Shown here in pieces: positions 7,360 through 14,816 of a stretch of DNA of 23,486 nt; positions within the stretch are counted from its first letter, which is position 1; each line of letters starts with the position of its first letter. The notes beneath the pieces are model-generated. The model saw only the letters and a list, made by a program, of their open reading frames with translations. It made no database searches and was not told the DNA's origin. The stretch is from Spirulina subsalsa FACHB-351. Lineage in GTDB: Bacteria > Cyanobacteriota > Cyanobacteriia > Cyanobacteriales > Spirulinaceae. Position numbers and translations under genes: made by a program. The DNA lies in the NCBI RefSeq assembly GCF_026130165.1, contig NZ_JAIHOM010000078.1, forward strand, positions 1 through 23,486, written 5' to 3'.

Positions 7360-8652
7360 ATGCGTGATTCTTACGGTACACGGCGCGGAAGTGCCTTCCT
7401 ACTCTTGTTGCTCTCCCTAACCTTGGGTGAAGTGATCCTTGGGGCTAGTCGCCTTGAGGTCATTTCTGGTTCTAGGATCGCGATCGCCCAAACGCCTAGC
7501 CCAGAAACTAGTCCCACTGAAGATTCCGAGGCCGCCAATGAGCCGAAAATTGAACCAGGAAGTGAGGGGGTCATTGTCCGAGAATTACAACAACATCTGA
7601 AGGAATTAGGGTATTACGAAGAAGAACCCGACGGTGTTTATGGGGCTTCCACAGAGGCCGCCGTGCGAGCCTTCCAAGAAGCCGAAGGCCTAGAACCTAC
7701 TGGCGTGTTTGATGCTCAAGCTTGGATTCGGATGCAAGAAATCCGCAATCCCAGACCGGAACCCCAGCCCCAGGAACGAGGACGCATTAGCCGCCGGGCG
7801 TTAGCTGTAATTGGTTTGGGCGGCTTAACCACATTGATTGGGATGGCCATTGGCATTTTTCTGATCCTCAAATTTTTAGCCCAACGCGCTCAAGACCAAG
7901 AATTTGCGGTGCAAACAGAGATCGGTTCAGAACGTTACCCCGATTACGAACAAGACCCCTCCAATAATCATTCTAAATTTGTCACCCTACAACCCGAGTC
8001 CCCCCCCACTCAACCCTTAAATTTAGATCCTCCGATCCTTTCAGAATCCCTCTTAGAGGATGCTTGGTTAGCGGATTCTGTTCTGCCTCCCCCTCCAGCA
8101 AAACCAGAACCTTTAGAAGAAGTCGCCCTAGAAGAAGTAGCCGAGGCAGAAAACCCCTTACCCACCAATCCTCCCATCACAGCATCCCCTCCGGAAATGA
8201 CCATTAAACCCGCCGGACGTTTAGTTAAACTGGATTTGATTGAGGAATTAATCGGAGATTTGCGATCGCCCAATCTCGAAAAACGCCACAAAGCCATCTG
8301 GGAACTCGCCCAACGCGCCGACTCTCGCGCCGTGAAACCCCTCGTCGGCCTGTTAATTGAATCCGACTCCCAACAACAAACCCTCATCCTCGAAGCCCTG
8401 TCTCAAATTGGCACCCGCACCCTCAAACCCATGAACCGTGCTTTAGCCCTATCCCTACAAGACGACAACGCCCAAGTGCGGAAAAATGCCATTCGTGACC
8501 TCACACGAATGTACGAATTAGTCGCCCAACTGAGTCAGTTAGTCTACTATGCCACCGATGATCCAGATCCCGAAGTGCAAAACACCGCCAAATGGGCCCT
8601 GAAACAACTCAACCAAATTCGAGTCTTACCTGATGATCAGCCCTCTAGCTAA
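7360..8652 (+). CDS. Peptidoglycan-binding-domain / TM / Pro-rich / HEAT-repeat protein
   Basis: The track ORF starts at a TTG at 7186. The ATG at 7360 gives MRDSYGTRRGSAFLLLLLSLTLG, a signal or anchor sequence. A PG_binding_1-like segment follows (VRELQQHLKELGYYEEEPDGVYGASTEAAVRAFQEAEGLEPTGVFD). Next are a TM segment (ALAVIGLGGLTTLIGMAIGIFLILKFL) and a Pro/Glu-rich linker (PPPPAKPEPLEE...). The C-terminus has PBS-lyase-type HEAT repeats (LRSPNLEKRHKAIWELAQRADSRAVKPLVGLL..., DDNAQVRKNAIRDL..., DPDPEVQNTAKWALKQL). Confidence 0.8.
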   Translation: MRDSYGTRRGSAFLLLLLSLTLGEVILGASRLEVISGSRIAIAQTPSPETSPTEDSEAANEPKIEPGSEGVIVRELQQHLKELGYYEEEPDGVYGASTEAAVRAFQEAEGLEPTGVFDAQAWIRMQEIRNPRPEPQPQERGRISRRALAVIGLGGLTTLIGMAIGIFLILKFLAQRAQDQEFAVQTEIGSERYPDYEQDPSNNHSKFVTLQPESPPTQPLNLDPPILSESLLEDAWLADSVLPPPPAKPEPLEEVALEEVAEAENPLPTNPPITASPPEMTIKPAGRLVKLDLIEELIGDLRSPNLEKRHKAIWELAQRADSRAVKPLVGLLIESDSQQQTLILEALSQIGTRTLKPMNRALALSLQDDNAQVRKNAIRDLTRMYELVAQLSQLVYYATDDPDPEVQNTAKWALKQLNQIRVLPDDQPSS

Positions 8653-8677
8653 TTTCGTCCTCTATTGTCATTAATCC

Positions 8678-10072
8678 ATGTCCCTGTCCAGAAAAGCCAG
8701 CTACGAACGCCAAGAACTTGATGTTCCCTTTTTCCTTGTTATTTTTGCCGCCCTTTCTCTACTTATTGGGATTTACCTGTTAGCTTTACCCTTTCAGGAG
8801 ACGTATTTAGGCAGTTTGATTTACGATCGAGGATTCACCCAACCCCTCACCCTCTTTCTGGCCGGAATGGTGATTAGTGTGGTGATCTTCAAATACCTTA
8901 AACTGACCGCAGAATCCAGCGCCATCGGCAAAAATTGGATTCCCGATGGCATTGATTTAGAAGATCCCAACGGACGTTCAATTAATAACCTCATCGCCAG
9001 TTTAACCAACTCGCGGAAACTGATCGCGGTGCGTTGTTGCCGCGTTCTTTATGCCTATACCCAATCCGGTAGTCGCAAAACCGCCAGCGAATTAGCTTTA
9101 GATGATTCCGCCTTTTATCTCAGTGCCTCAGAAAGTTCCTATACAATCCCTCGGATTTTGGTCTGGGCGATTCCTCTATTGGGGTTTATTGGGACTGTAA
9201 TCGGCATTAGTCAGGCCGTGAGTGGGTTTTCCGGTTTTCTGGAGCAAGCGGGGGAAATTGACCAAATTCGTACAGGAATCGGCACCGTCACCAGTGGGTT
9301 AGCGGTGGCCTTTGATACCACTTTGTTGGCTTTGTTTTTGAGTGTGGTGGTGATGATTCCCTTGGTGTTGGTGGAACGGTGGGAGTCTCGTTTGTTGTTG
9401 TCTATTGATGTGTATATCAATGATCGTCTTTTACCAAAATTTAGAGATTCCGAGACTTCTGGGGGATTTTTGTCTGAAACGGCGATCGCCCAAGCCGTAG
9501 AAAAATCCCTCAAAGAAAACCTACCCCAACCCAAAGACCTCATCGAACCTGCCCATATTTACGCCCAGAAATTAGTGGAAGCTTTAACCCAAAAATTTGT
9601 CCAAGAAATGGGGTCAATTCAAACCGCGAATAGTCAACTCATCCAGCAAGTAAGTCAAGTAAATCAGGCGACTTTACAAGACCGTCAAGACTTTCTAACT
9701 GTTTTTAATCAACAACAAGAACAGCAGAAAGATATTGTCGAGTTAATTAAAAATAGCGTAGAAGAAATTAAGCAGGGTAACTTAATTGTGGCTCATGGTT
9801 TAGCCCAACAAGCCCACGAAATCACCCAACAACTCAATCAAGCGGCTGTCTTATTAGGGGATAGGGTGGAAGCTTTAGAACAATCAACCTTACAAGTTTC
9901 CCAAATTATTGAACTGCAAAAAAGTTTAGATCAAATGTTAAACTCTTTGGAGAAAACAGCACAGTTAGAGCAATCTTTAGCCGGGTTAAGGGTTGCCCTA
10001 ACTCAATTACAGCCCATCTTAACCCAGTTACAAAAGCCTCGTAAAATTATGTTATTGGAGCAAGATAATTGA
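8678..10072 (+). CDS. MotA/TolQ/ExbB proton-channel family protein with a long C-terminal coiled-coil tail
   Basis: 464 aa, starting 25 nt after the upstream gene. Two N-terminal TM helices are followed by the family signature pair PLLGFIGTVIGISQAV and GLAVAFDTTLLALFLSVVVMIPLVLV. Residues from about 255 to 464 are Gln/Leu/Glu-rich with heptad-like spacing (QLIQQVSQVNQATLQDRQ..., ALEQSTLQVSQIIELQKSLDQMLNSLEKTAQLEQSL). Confidence 0.85.
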   Translation: MSLSRKASYERQELDVPFFLVIFAALSLLIGIYLLALPFQETYLGSLIYDRGFTQPLTLFLAGMVISVVIFKYLKLTAESSAIGKNWIPDGIDLEDPNGRSINNLIASLTNSRKLIAVRCCRVLYAYTQSGSRKTASELALDDSAFYLSASESSYTIPRILVWAIPLLGFIGTVIGISQAVSGFSGFLEQAGEIDQIRTGIGTVTSGLAVAFDTTLLALFLSVVVMIPLVLVERWESRLLLSIDVYINDRLLPKFRDSETSGGFLSETAIAQAVEKSLKENLPQPKDLIEPAHIYAQKLVEALTQKFVQEMGSIQTANSQLIQQVSQVNQATLQDRQDFLTVFNQQQEQQKDIVELIKNSVEEIKQGNLIVAHGLAQQAHEITQQLNQAAVLLGDRVEALEQSTLQVSQIIELQKSLDQMLNSLEKTAQLEQSLAGLRVALTQLQPILTQLQKPRKIMLLEQDN

Positions 10073-10087
10073 ATTTTTCCCCGTTCG

Positions 10088-10207
10088 TTGTTGGTTCGTT
10101 GTTGGGCTTTAGCCCTTAAATGCGCGCTGAAGCGCAACTACAAACGGTTGTTGGTTCGTTGTTGGGCTTTAGCCTTTAAATTCGCGCTGAAGCGCAACTA
10201 CAAACGG
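10088..10207. repeat. Two tandem copies of a 60-bp hairpin-containing unit in the intergenic spacer
   Basis: 10088-10147 and 10148-10207 differ at 2 positions. Each unit holds the hairpins GGGC-TTTA-GCCC and GCGC-TGAA-GCGC. Each is bounded by the imperfect inverted repeats CCGTTCGTTGTTG and CAACTACAAACGG. Confidence 0.9.
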
Positions 10208-10248
10208 CAACGACAAACAAACTTGTGCTGAACTATTAAGTTTTTAAA

Positions 10249-10710
10249 ATGTCCCGTCGCTCAACCTTACATCGTAAATCCTATGAAGTGGAATTATTTC
10301 CCTTCTTGTCCGTTTTAGCCTGTACCATTGGCACCCTGATTTTACTGATTATTGTCATCACTACCCAAACCTTTAGCGAAGACAAAGAAGTAAGAATTAT
10401 TGCCCGCACCGAAGACGGACAAAATCAACGGAAAATTCCCCGCTATATTGACTGTCGGGGAGATGGCATTGTATTACATCCTCAAGAAACCTTTATCCCT
10501 GCCAATGAAATTAATCAACGTAATCGTGAACTAGCACAATTATTGTCAGAAGTCAAGGCAAATCAAGAACGGGAATATTTAATTGTTGCCGTGCGACCCA
10601 GTGGCATTCAAGTTTTTAATCAGGTGCGGGATTTAGTAGAAGCGCAAGGGATAGATTTAGGCTACGAACCCATCGAAGAAAACTGGACATTACGCATTGA
10701 AACCCCATGA
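10249..10710 (+). CDS. Divergent ExbD/TolR-like single-pass membrane protein (TM Asp replaced by Ser)
   Basis: 153 aa. The N-terminal segment VELFPFLSVLACTIGTLILLIIV aligns by eye to the ExbD motif INVTPFIDVMLVLLIIF, with Ser at the Asp position. The C-terminal domain follows an ExbD-like pattern (DGIVLHPQ...EYLIVAVRPSGIQVFNQVRDLVEAQGIDLGYEPI). Confidence 0.65.
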   Translation: MSRRSTLHRKSYEVELFPFLSVLACTIGTLILLIIVITTQTFSEDKEVRIIARTEDGQNQRKIPRYIDCRGDGIVLHPQETFIPANEINQRNRELAQLLSEVKANQEREYLIVAVRPSGIQVFNQVRDLVEAQGIDLGYEPIEENWTLRIETP

Positions 10711-11414
10711 GACATAGACGCAAAGTAGGGACTCGTCAAAGCCCCCAACAAAACCTAGATTCATTCTTAGATATTCTCACCAATACCGTGGGCGTGTTGA
10801 TGTTTATTGGGCTATTTGTGGCTTTGCTTTCTGTGGAATCTGGCAATATTATCCGCACTCCTTTAGTTTCAGCCAGTGTGAAAAATGCCCAGTTTTTTGA
10901 AGTGCGCAATAATCAAGTTTTTTATCTCGATAATCCCCGAGTAGAAAATCAACTCACTTGGATGATTGAAAACTTACCCCCCTGTTATGAACCGGATCTT
11001 CCCCGCACAATGGACTCGGTAGAGTTTGATTTTTATTATCGTCAACTCCAAGAATATGAGCGCTGTCAACGGTCGCGTTTACAACAACTTCAAGGCTATC
11101 AAGTGAGTACCGATTATTATGAGGCTCATTTTGATGTAGAGGGTTTTGTCACGATTTATCAACCTCGTCCTAATGTTACCGGATCCACCCTCAGCGCCAT
11201 TGGCAGCGATGAATCAGCATTCAAACGGACTCTAACCCGTTTAGATAACCAACAGGATTATTTAGCCTTTTTAGTGCGTCCTGATAGTTTTGCGGCGTTC
11301 CGACAAGCGCGTAAAGTGGCTTGGGAACAGGGGTTTGATGTGGGGTGGGAACCCTTATCTCAACAACGGACTATTGCTTTCGGCTCACGAGGTCGTTCTA
11401 TTGGAGTACAGTAA
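10707..11414 (+). CDS. Divergent ExbD/TolR-like single-pass membrane protein (TM Asp retained), paralog of the upstream gene
   Basis: 235 aa with an ATGA start/stop overlap on the upstream gene. QNLDSFLDILTNTVGVLMFIGLF aligns to the ExbD motif with the Asp conserved. The C-terminal DYLAFLVRPDSFAAFRQARKVAWEQGFDVGWEPL parallels EYLIVAVRPSGIQVFNQVRDLVEAQGIDLGYEPI in the neighbour. Confidence 0.65.
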   Translation: MRHRRKVGTRQSPQQNLDSFLDILTNTVGVLMFIGLFVALLSVESGNIIRTPLVSASVKNAQFFEVRNNQVFYLDNPRVENQLTWMIENLPPCYEPDLPRTMDSVEFDFYYRQLQEYERCQRSRLQQLQGYQVSTDYYEAHFDVEGFVTIYQPRPNVTGSTLSAIGSDESAFKRTLTRLDNQQDYLAFLVRPDSFAAFRQARKVAWEQGFDVGWEPLSQQRTIAFGSRGRSIGVQ

Positions 11415-11564
11415 TCCGTGACTGTTAACCGCTCCCCGCTCTTGCCTACTTTCGGCAGGAAGCCCGCGCTGTACTGGTTGGCGAGGCCTGCCGGAAGGCA
11501 TAGAGTCAGCGTCGGGTACTTCACTCTTGATTTAAGTGCCGGTCCTGAGAAGGGGGGAATTGCT

Positions 11565-11672
11565 TTACAGGGAGCGGGCAAACACTTGCCACATGACGAA
11601 AAATGCAAAGGCGAGATAGCCTAAAACTGCACATAAGTCAAGCCATTGGGGGTTAATTGCGATGATATTCAT
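11565..11672 (-). CDS. Candidate 35-aa hydrophobic small protein (MNIIAINPQWLDLCAVLGYLAFAFFVMWQVFARSL)
   Basis: Hand-translated and below the ORF-track length cutoff. The ATG at 11672 is preceded by GGAGGA (plus-strand TCCTCC, 11682-11687) at 9-nt spacing. It predicts one TM helix and ends at a TAA at 11565-11567. I recognise no homology. Confidence 0.35.
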   Translation of the reverse strand: MNIIAINPQWLDLCAVLGYLAFAFFVMWQVFARSL

Positions 11673-12115
11673 AGGGAGTCATCCTCCATTGTGCTTTGCA
11701 GATCACGAGCGGGCAAAGGGGCAAGGGAAAAATTCAAGGGATTTCAAACTTTCCAAACCATCTCAACCCATTTCAAATTTTTACAAGGTAGTTGTTTGAG
11801 TGTCACCACACACCGTCAGTCTATCCTTTGTGTGGCAGATTCCAAAAAGAAATTTCTCGTCGGAATGAGAACGGGTGAAAGCCGAAGGAGAGGAATTGTA
11901 ACAGTTACAGTTAGAATGCTCAAGAATTCGCCATTTTTAACGTTAGATTGAAACCCAACGGGGGTGAACGACTAACAGAGCAACCACTTATTGTACCACA
12001 AAGGGTAAGTTTTTGTCCGTCTACTATTCAAGATACAACAGGGAAAGGGAAAGTTCCGGTTATTTAGAAAATTTTGGGTTTTTCTGCTCCTATCCTGGGG
12101 GGAATGGGGAACTGT

Positions 12116-14680
12116 TTACGGTTTAGGGGAGGGTTGACCGATGGCGATTTTACTGTGTTTCTCAATTTCTCCCATGACTTGACGAGCGCGGTCAATGACG
12201 ACGGAGGGTAAACCGGCCAGTCTTCCGGCTTCGATGCCATAGGAACGGTCAGCGCCTCCGGGTCGGACTTGGTGTAAAAAGAGGATACGGTCGGGGAGTT
12301 CTTTGACGGTGACTTGATAGTTGGCGACGTTGTTGAGGAGGGATTCTAGTTCGTTGAGTTCGTGGTAGTGGGTGGCGAAAATGGTGCGTGCTTGGATTTC
12401 GGTGGCTAGGTATTCGGCGACGGCCCAGGCGATGGATAAACCGTCAAAGGTGGCGGTTCCCCGCCCAATTTCGTCGAGTAGGATGAGGGATTGGGGGGTG
12501 GCATGGTTGAGGATGTTGGCGGTTTCGTTCATTTCGACCATGAAGGTGGATTGTCCGGTGGCTAGGTCATCGACGGCCCCCACTCGGGTAAAAATGCGAT
12601 CGCAAATGGCCAAGGTTGCCGATTCGGCTGGAACAAAGCTACCAATTTGGGCTAACAGTTGAATGAGTCCGACTTGCCGCAAATAACAGCTTTTTCCACT
12701 GGCATTGGGTCCGGTGAGAATAATTAAATCGGGATGATTATTCTGGGTTCCACTGCCGAGGGTGGTGGAGTTGGGAACAAAAAAGTTTAACCCCAAGGCT
12801 TTTTCTACTACGGGATGGCGACCATCTCGGATGGTGATTTCCCGGTTTTCGGTCATCATTGGACAGCAATAGTTCTGTTCTACGGCAATTTCGGCCAGTC
12901 CGGCTAACACATCAATGGCGGCGACGGCTTTGGCGATTTGTCGGATTTCTTGCCCTTTTTCGGCCATTTCTGCCCGCAATTCGCTAAAGATTTCATACTC
13001 TAATTGATGAAGATCATCTTTGGCGGTTAGGATGCGGGTTTCTCGTTCTTTGAGTTCTGAGGTAATGTAGCGTTCTTCGTTGGTTAAGGTTTGTTTACGG
13101 GTGTAATTATCGGGGGCTTGTGCGGCTTTGGCACGGGGCAAACTAATATAATAACCAAAGGTTTTATTATATCCGACTTTTAAGTTAGAAACTCCGGTTC
13201 TTTCTCGTTCGGTCACTTCTAAGTTAGCTAGCCATTGTTGATCGAGTTCCAATTGTTGGCGGCGTTCATCTAAGAGGGGGTGAATCCCATCCCGAATTAG
13301 GCCCCCTTCTTTGAGGTGTTGGGGGGGAGATTCGACTAAATGGCGCAGGATGTGCTGTCCGAGTTGTTCTAATTCCGGGGGGACTTTTTGCAGGGCTTTG
13401 AGATAAAGTGATTTGCCTTTCTGAACTAATTCGCTCAGGACGGAAAGACGACAAAGGGAGTCGGCTAAATACACTAAATCTCGGGCGTTGGCTGTGCCTG
13501 CTCCCACGCGGCCACTGAGTCGTTCTAGGTCGTAAAATTGCCGTAATAATTGCCGTAATTCGTTGCGTAAATAGGCGTTATTTATTAACTCTTGAATGGT
13601 GTCTTGACGGGCGCGAATGCCTTTGATGTCGAGGAGGGGCTGTAATAACCAACGCCGTAGGGCGCGCCCTCCCATGGCGGTGACGGTTTGATCAATGGCC
13701 CAAAGTAGGGAACCGTTTAGGGTGCCGTCGCGCACGGTTTGCAGAATTTCTAAATTGCGCCGGGTTTGGGGGTCTAGGATTAGGTAATCGGTGAGGGTAT
13801 AGGTGCGGAGGGGTTGGAGGGGGACTTGATTGGCTTTTTGGGTGTCTTCGAGATACTCTAATAGCCCCCCAGCTGCGCGAATGGCAAGGGTTAGGTCGGC
13901 ACAGCCCATTCCCTCTAAGGACTTGACGTTAAATGTCTCTATGAGCCGATTTTGGGCTTCTGAGGCGCGAAAATACTGCTGGGGACGGAGGGAGTAACAG
14001 AAGCAGTCGGGGAGGTAGTTGGGGAGGTCTTGGCGGGCTTCTCCGGGGCGCAGGAGTCCGCCTAAATCCGGTGCGTCGGTGGGGAGTAGGATCTCGGAAG
14101 GCTGGAGACGCATGAGTTCTAGGGTGAGGGCTTCGAGGTCTTGGGATTGGGTGGTGTAGAATTCTCCGGTGGAGATGTCGGCATAGGCGAGGCCCCAATG
14201 TTCTTTGGCGACGACGACGGAGGCTAAAAAGTTATTGCGACGGGCGGCTAACATTCCATCGTCGGTGAGGGTGCCGGGGGTGAGGAGGCGGGTGACTTGG
14301 CGTTCTACCATGCGACGTTCGGCGGCGGCTTGGGAGGCTTCTTCGACTTGATCACAAATGGCGATCGCATACCCTTTTTCGACTAAGGTGGCAACATAGC
14401 GATCTAAGGCGTGGTGCGGCACTCCGGTCATACAAACGCGACCGATTTCTTTGCCCCCTTCTTTACTGGTTAACACTAATTCCAATTCTTGGGAGATGGT
14501 GACGGCATCCTGAAAGAAGCACTCAAAAAAGTCCCCACAACGGTACAAAACTAAGGCGTTGGGATATTGTTCTTTGACCTCAATGTAGTGCTGCATCATG
14601 GGGGACAGTTTATCCCGGTCTAGGGGACGGTAATCACGTTGAGGGGCATTTTTCGATCCGGTTTTGGCAGTCTCACTCAT
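12116..14680 (-). CDS. mutS: DNA mismatch repair protein MutS
   Basis: All MutS domains are recognisable, including the mismatch-binding N-terminus ([30 protein letters not shown]), the Walker A motif GPNASGKS, and [12 protein letters not shown]. The track ORF extends to 14743 with a non-ATG start. The first ATG, at 14680, gives MSETAKTG... Confidence 0.97.
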   Translation of the reverse strand: MSETAKTGSKNAPQRDYRPLDRDKLSPMMQHYIEVKEQYPNALVLYRCGDFFECFFQDAVTISQELELVLTSKEGGKEIGRVCMTGVPHHALDRYVATLVEKGYAIAICDQVEEASQAAAERRMVERQVTRLLTPGTLTDDGMLAARRNNFLASVVVAKEHWGLAYADISTGEFYTTQSQDLEALTLELMRLQPSEILLPTDAPDLGGLLRPGEARQDLPNYLPDCFCYSLRPQQYFRASEAQNRLIETFNVKSLEGMGCADLTLAIRAAGGLLEYLEDTQKANQVPLQPLRTYTLTDYLILDPQTRRNLEILQTVRDGTLNGSLLWAIDQTVTAMGGRALRRWLLQPLLDIKGIRARQDTIQELINNAYLRNELRQLLRQFYDLERLSGRVGAGTANARDLVYLADSLCRLSVLSELVQKGKSLYLKALQKVPPELEQLGQHILRHLVESPPQHLKEGGLIRDGIHPLLDERRQQLELDQQWLANLEVTERERTGVSNLKVGYNKTFGYYISLPRAKAAQAPDNYTRKQTLTNEERYITSELKERETRILTAKDDLHQLEYEIFSELRAEMAEKGQEIRQIAKAVAAIDVLAGLAEIAVEQNYCCPMMTENREITIRDGRHPVVEKALGLNFFVPNSTTLGSGTQNNHPDLIILTGPNASGKSCYLRQVGLIQLLAQIGSFVPAESATLAICDRIFTRVGAVDDLATGQSTFMVEMNETANILNHATPQSLILLDEIGRGTATFDGLSIAWAVAEYLATEIQARTIFATHYHELNELESLLNNVANYQVTVKELPDRILFLHQVRPGGADRSYGIEAGRLAGLPSVVIDRARQVMGEIEKHSKIAIGQPSPKP

Positions 14681-14816
14681 GAGGGATTGTAGGCAGGTGC
14701 AATTAAGGAAGATTTTAGGAGGGCTGGGGGATCTGGGCAACAAACCCTAGGGGGTATGCGTCTAAAATCACAGAAAACCCGTTAAGATTCAAAGGGAATC
14801 GGTGGATAGGGAGATC

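Noticed and set aside
8678-11414. Zorya (ZorAB) anti-phage system
   Set aside because: The tailed MotA-like protein is reminiscent of ZorA. However, there is no MotB-plug/OmpA-type ZorB and no ZorC/D/E-like effector genes. The tail is much shorter than in ZorA, and the context is housekeeping (mltA, mutS).
11478-11515. SRP (4.5S) RNA-like motif: a TGCC-GGAA-GGCA tetraloop hairpin flanked by GGCGAGG and AGUCAGC
   Set aside because: The resemblance to the domain IV consensus GGUCAGGUCCGGAAGGAAGCAGCC is partial. I also could not pair the flanking arms into the long hairpin that an SRP RNA requires. It needs cmscan before any call.
11360-11951. Track ORFs 11360..11608(-), 11418..11624(+) and 11646..11951(+)
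   Set aside because: They have Cys/Arg/Gly-rich or otherwise non-protein-like composition and non-ATG or unsupported starts. They overlap each other in a GC-structured spacer.
11958-11972. Glutamine (glnA) riboswitch-like word CGTTCACCC on the minus strand
   Set aside because: The partner GGAAGTAGG-type segment is absent nearby, so the single short word is insufficient.
12372-14198. Antisense or alternative-frame ORFs inside mutS (12372..12662, 13266..13454, 13929..14198), with similar ones inside pyk, the SBP gene and the permease gene
   Set aside because: These are typical shadow ORFs of GC-biased coding regions, with Pro/Arg/Ser-rich products and no independent signals.
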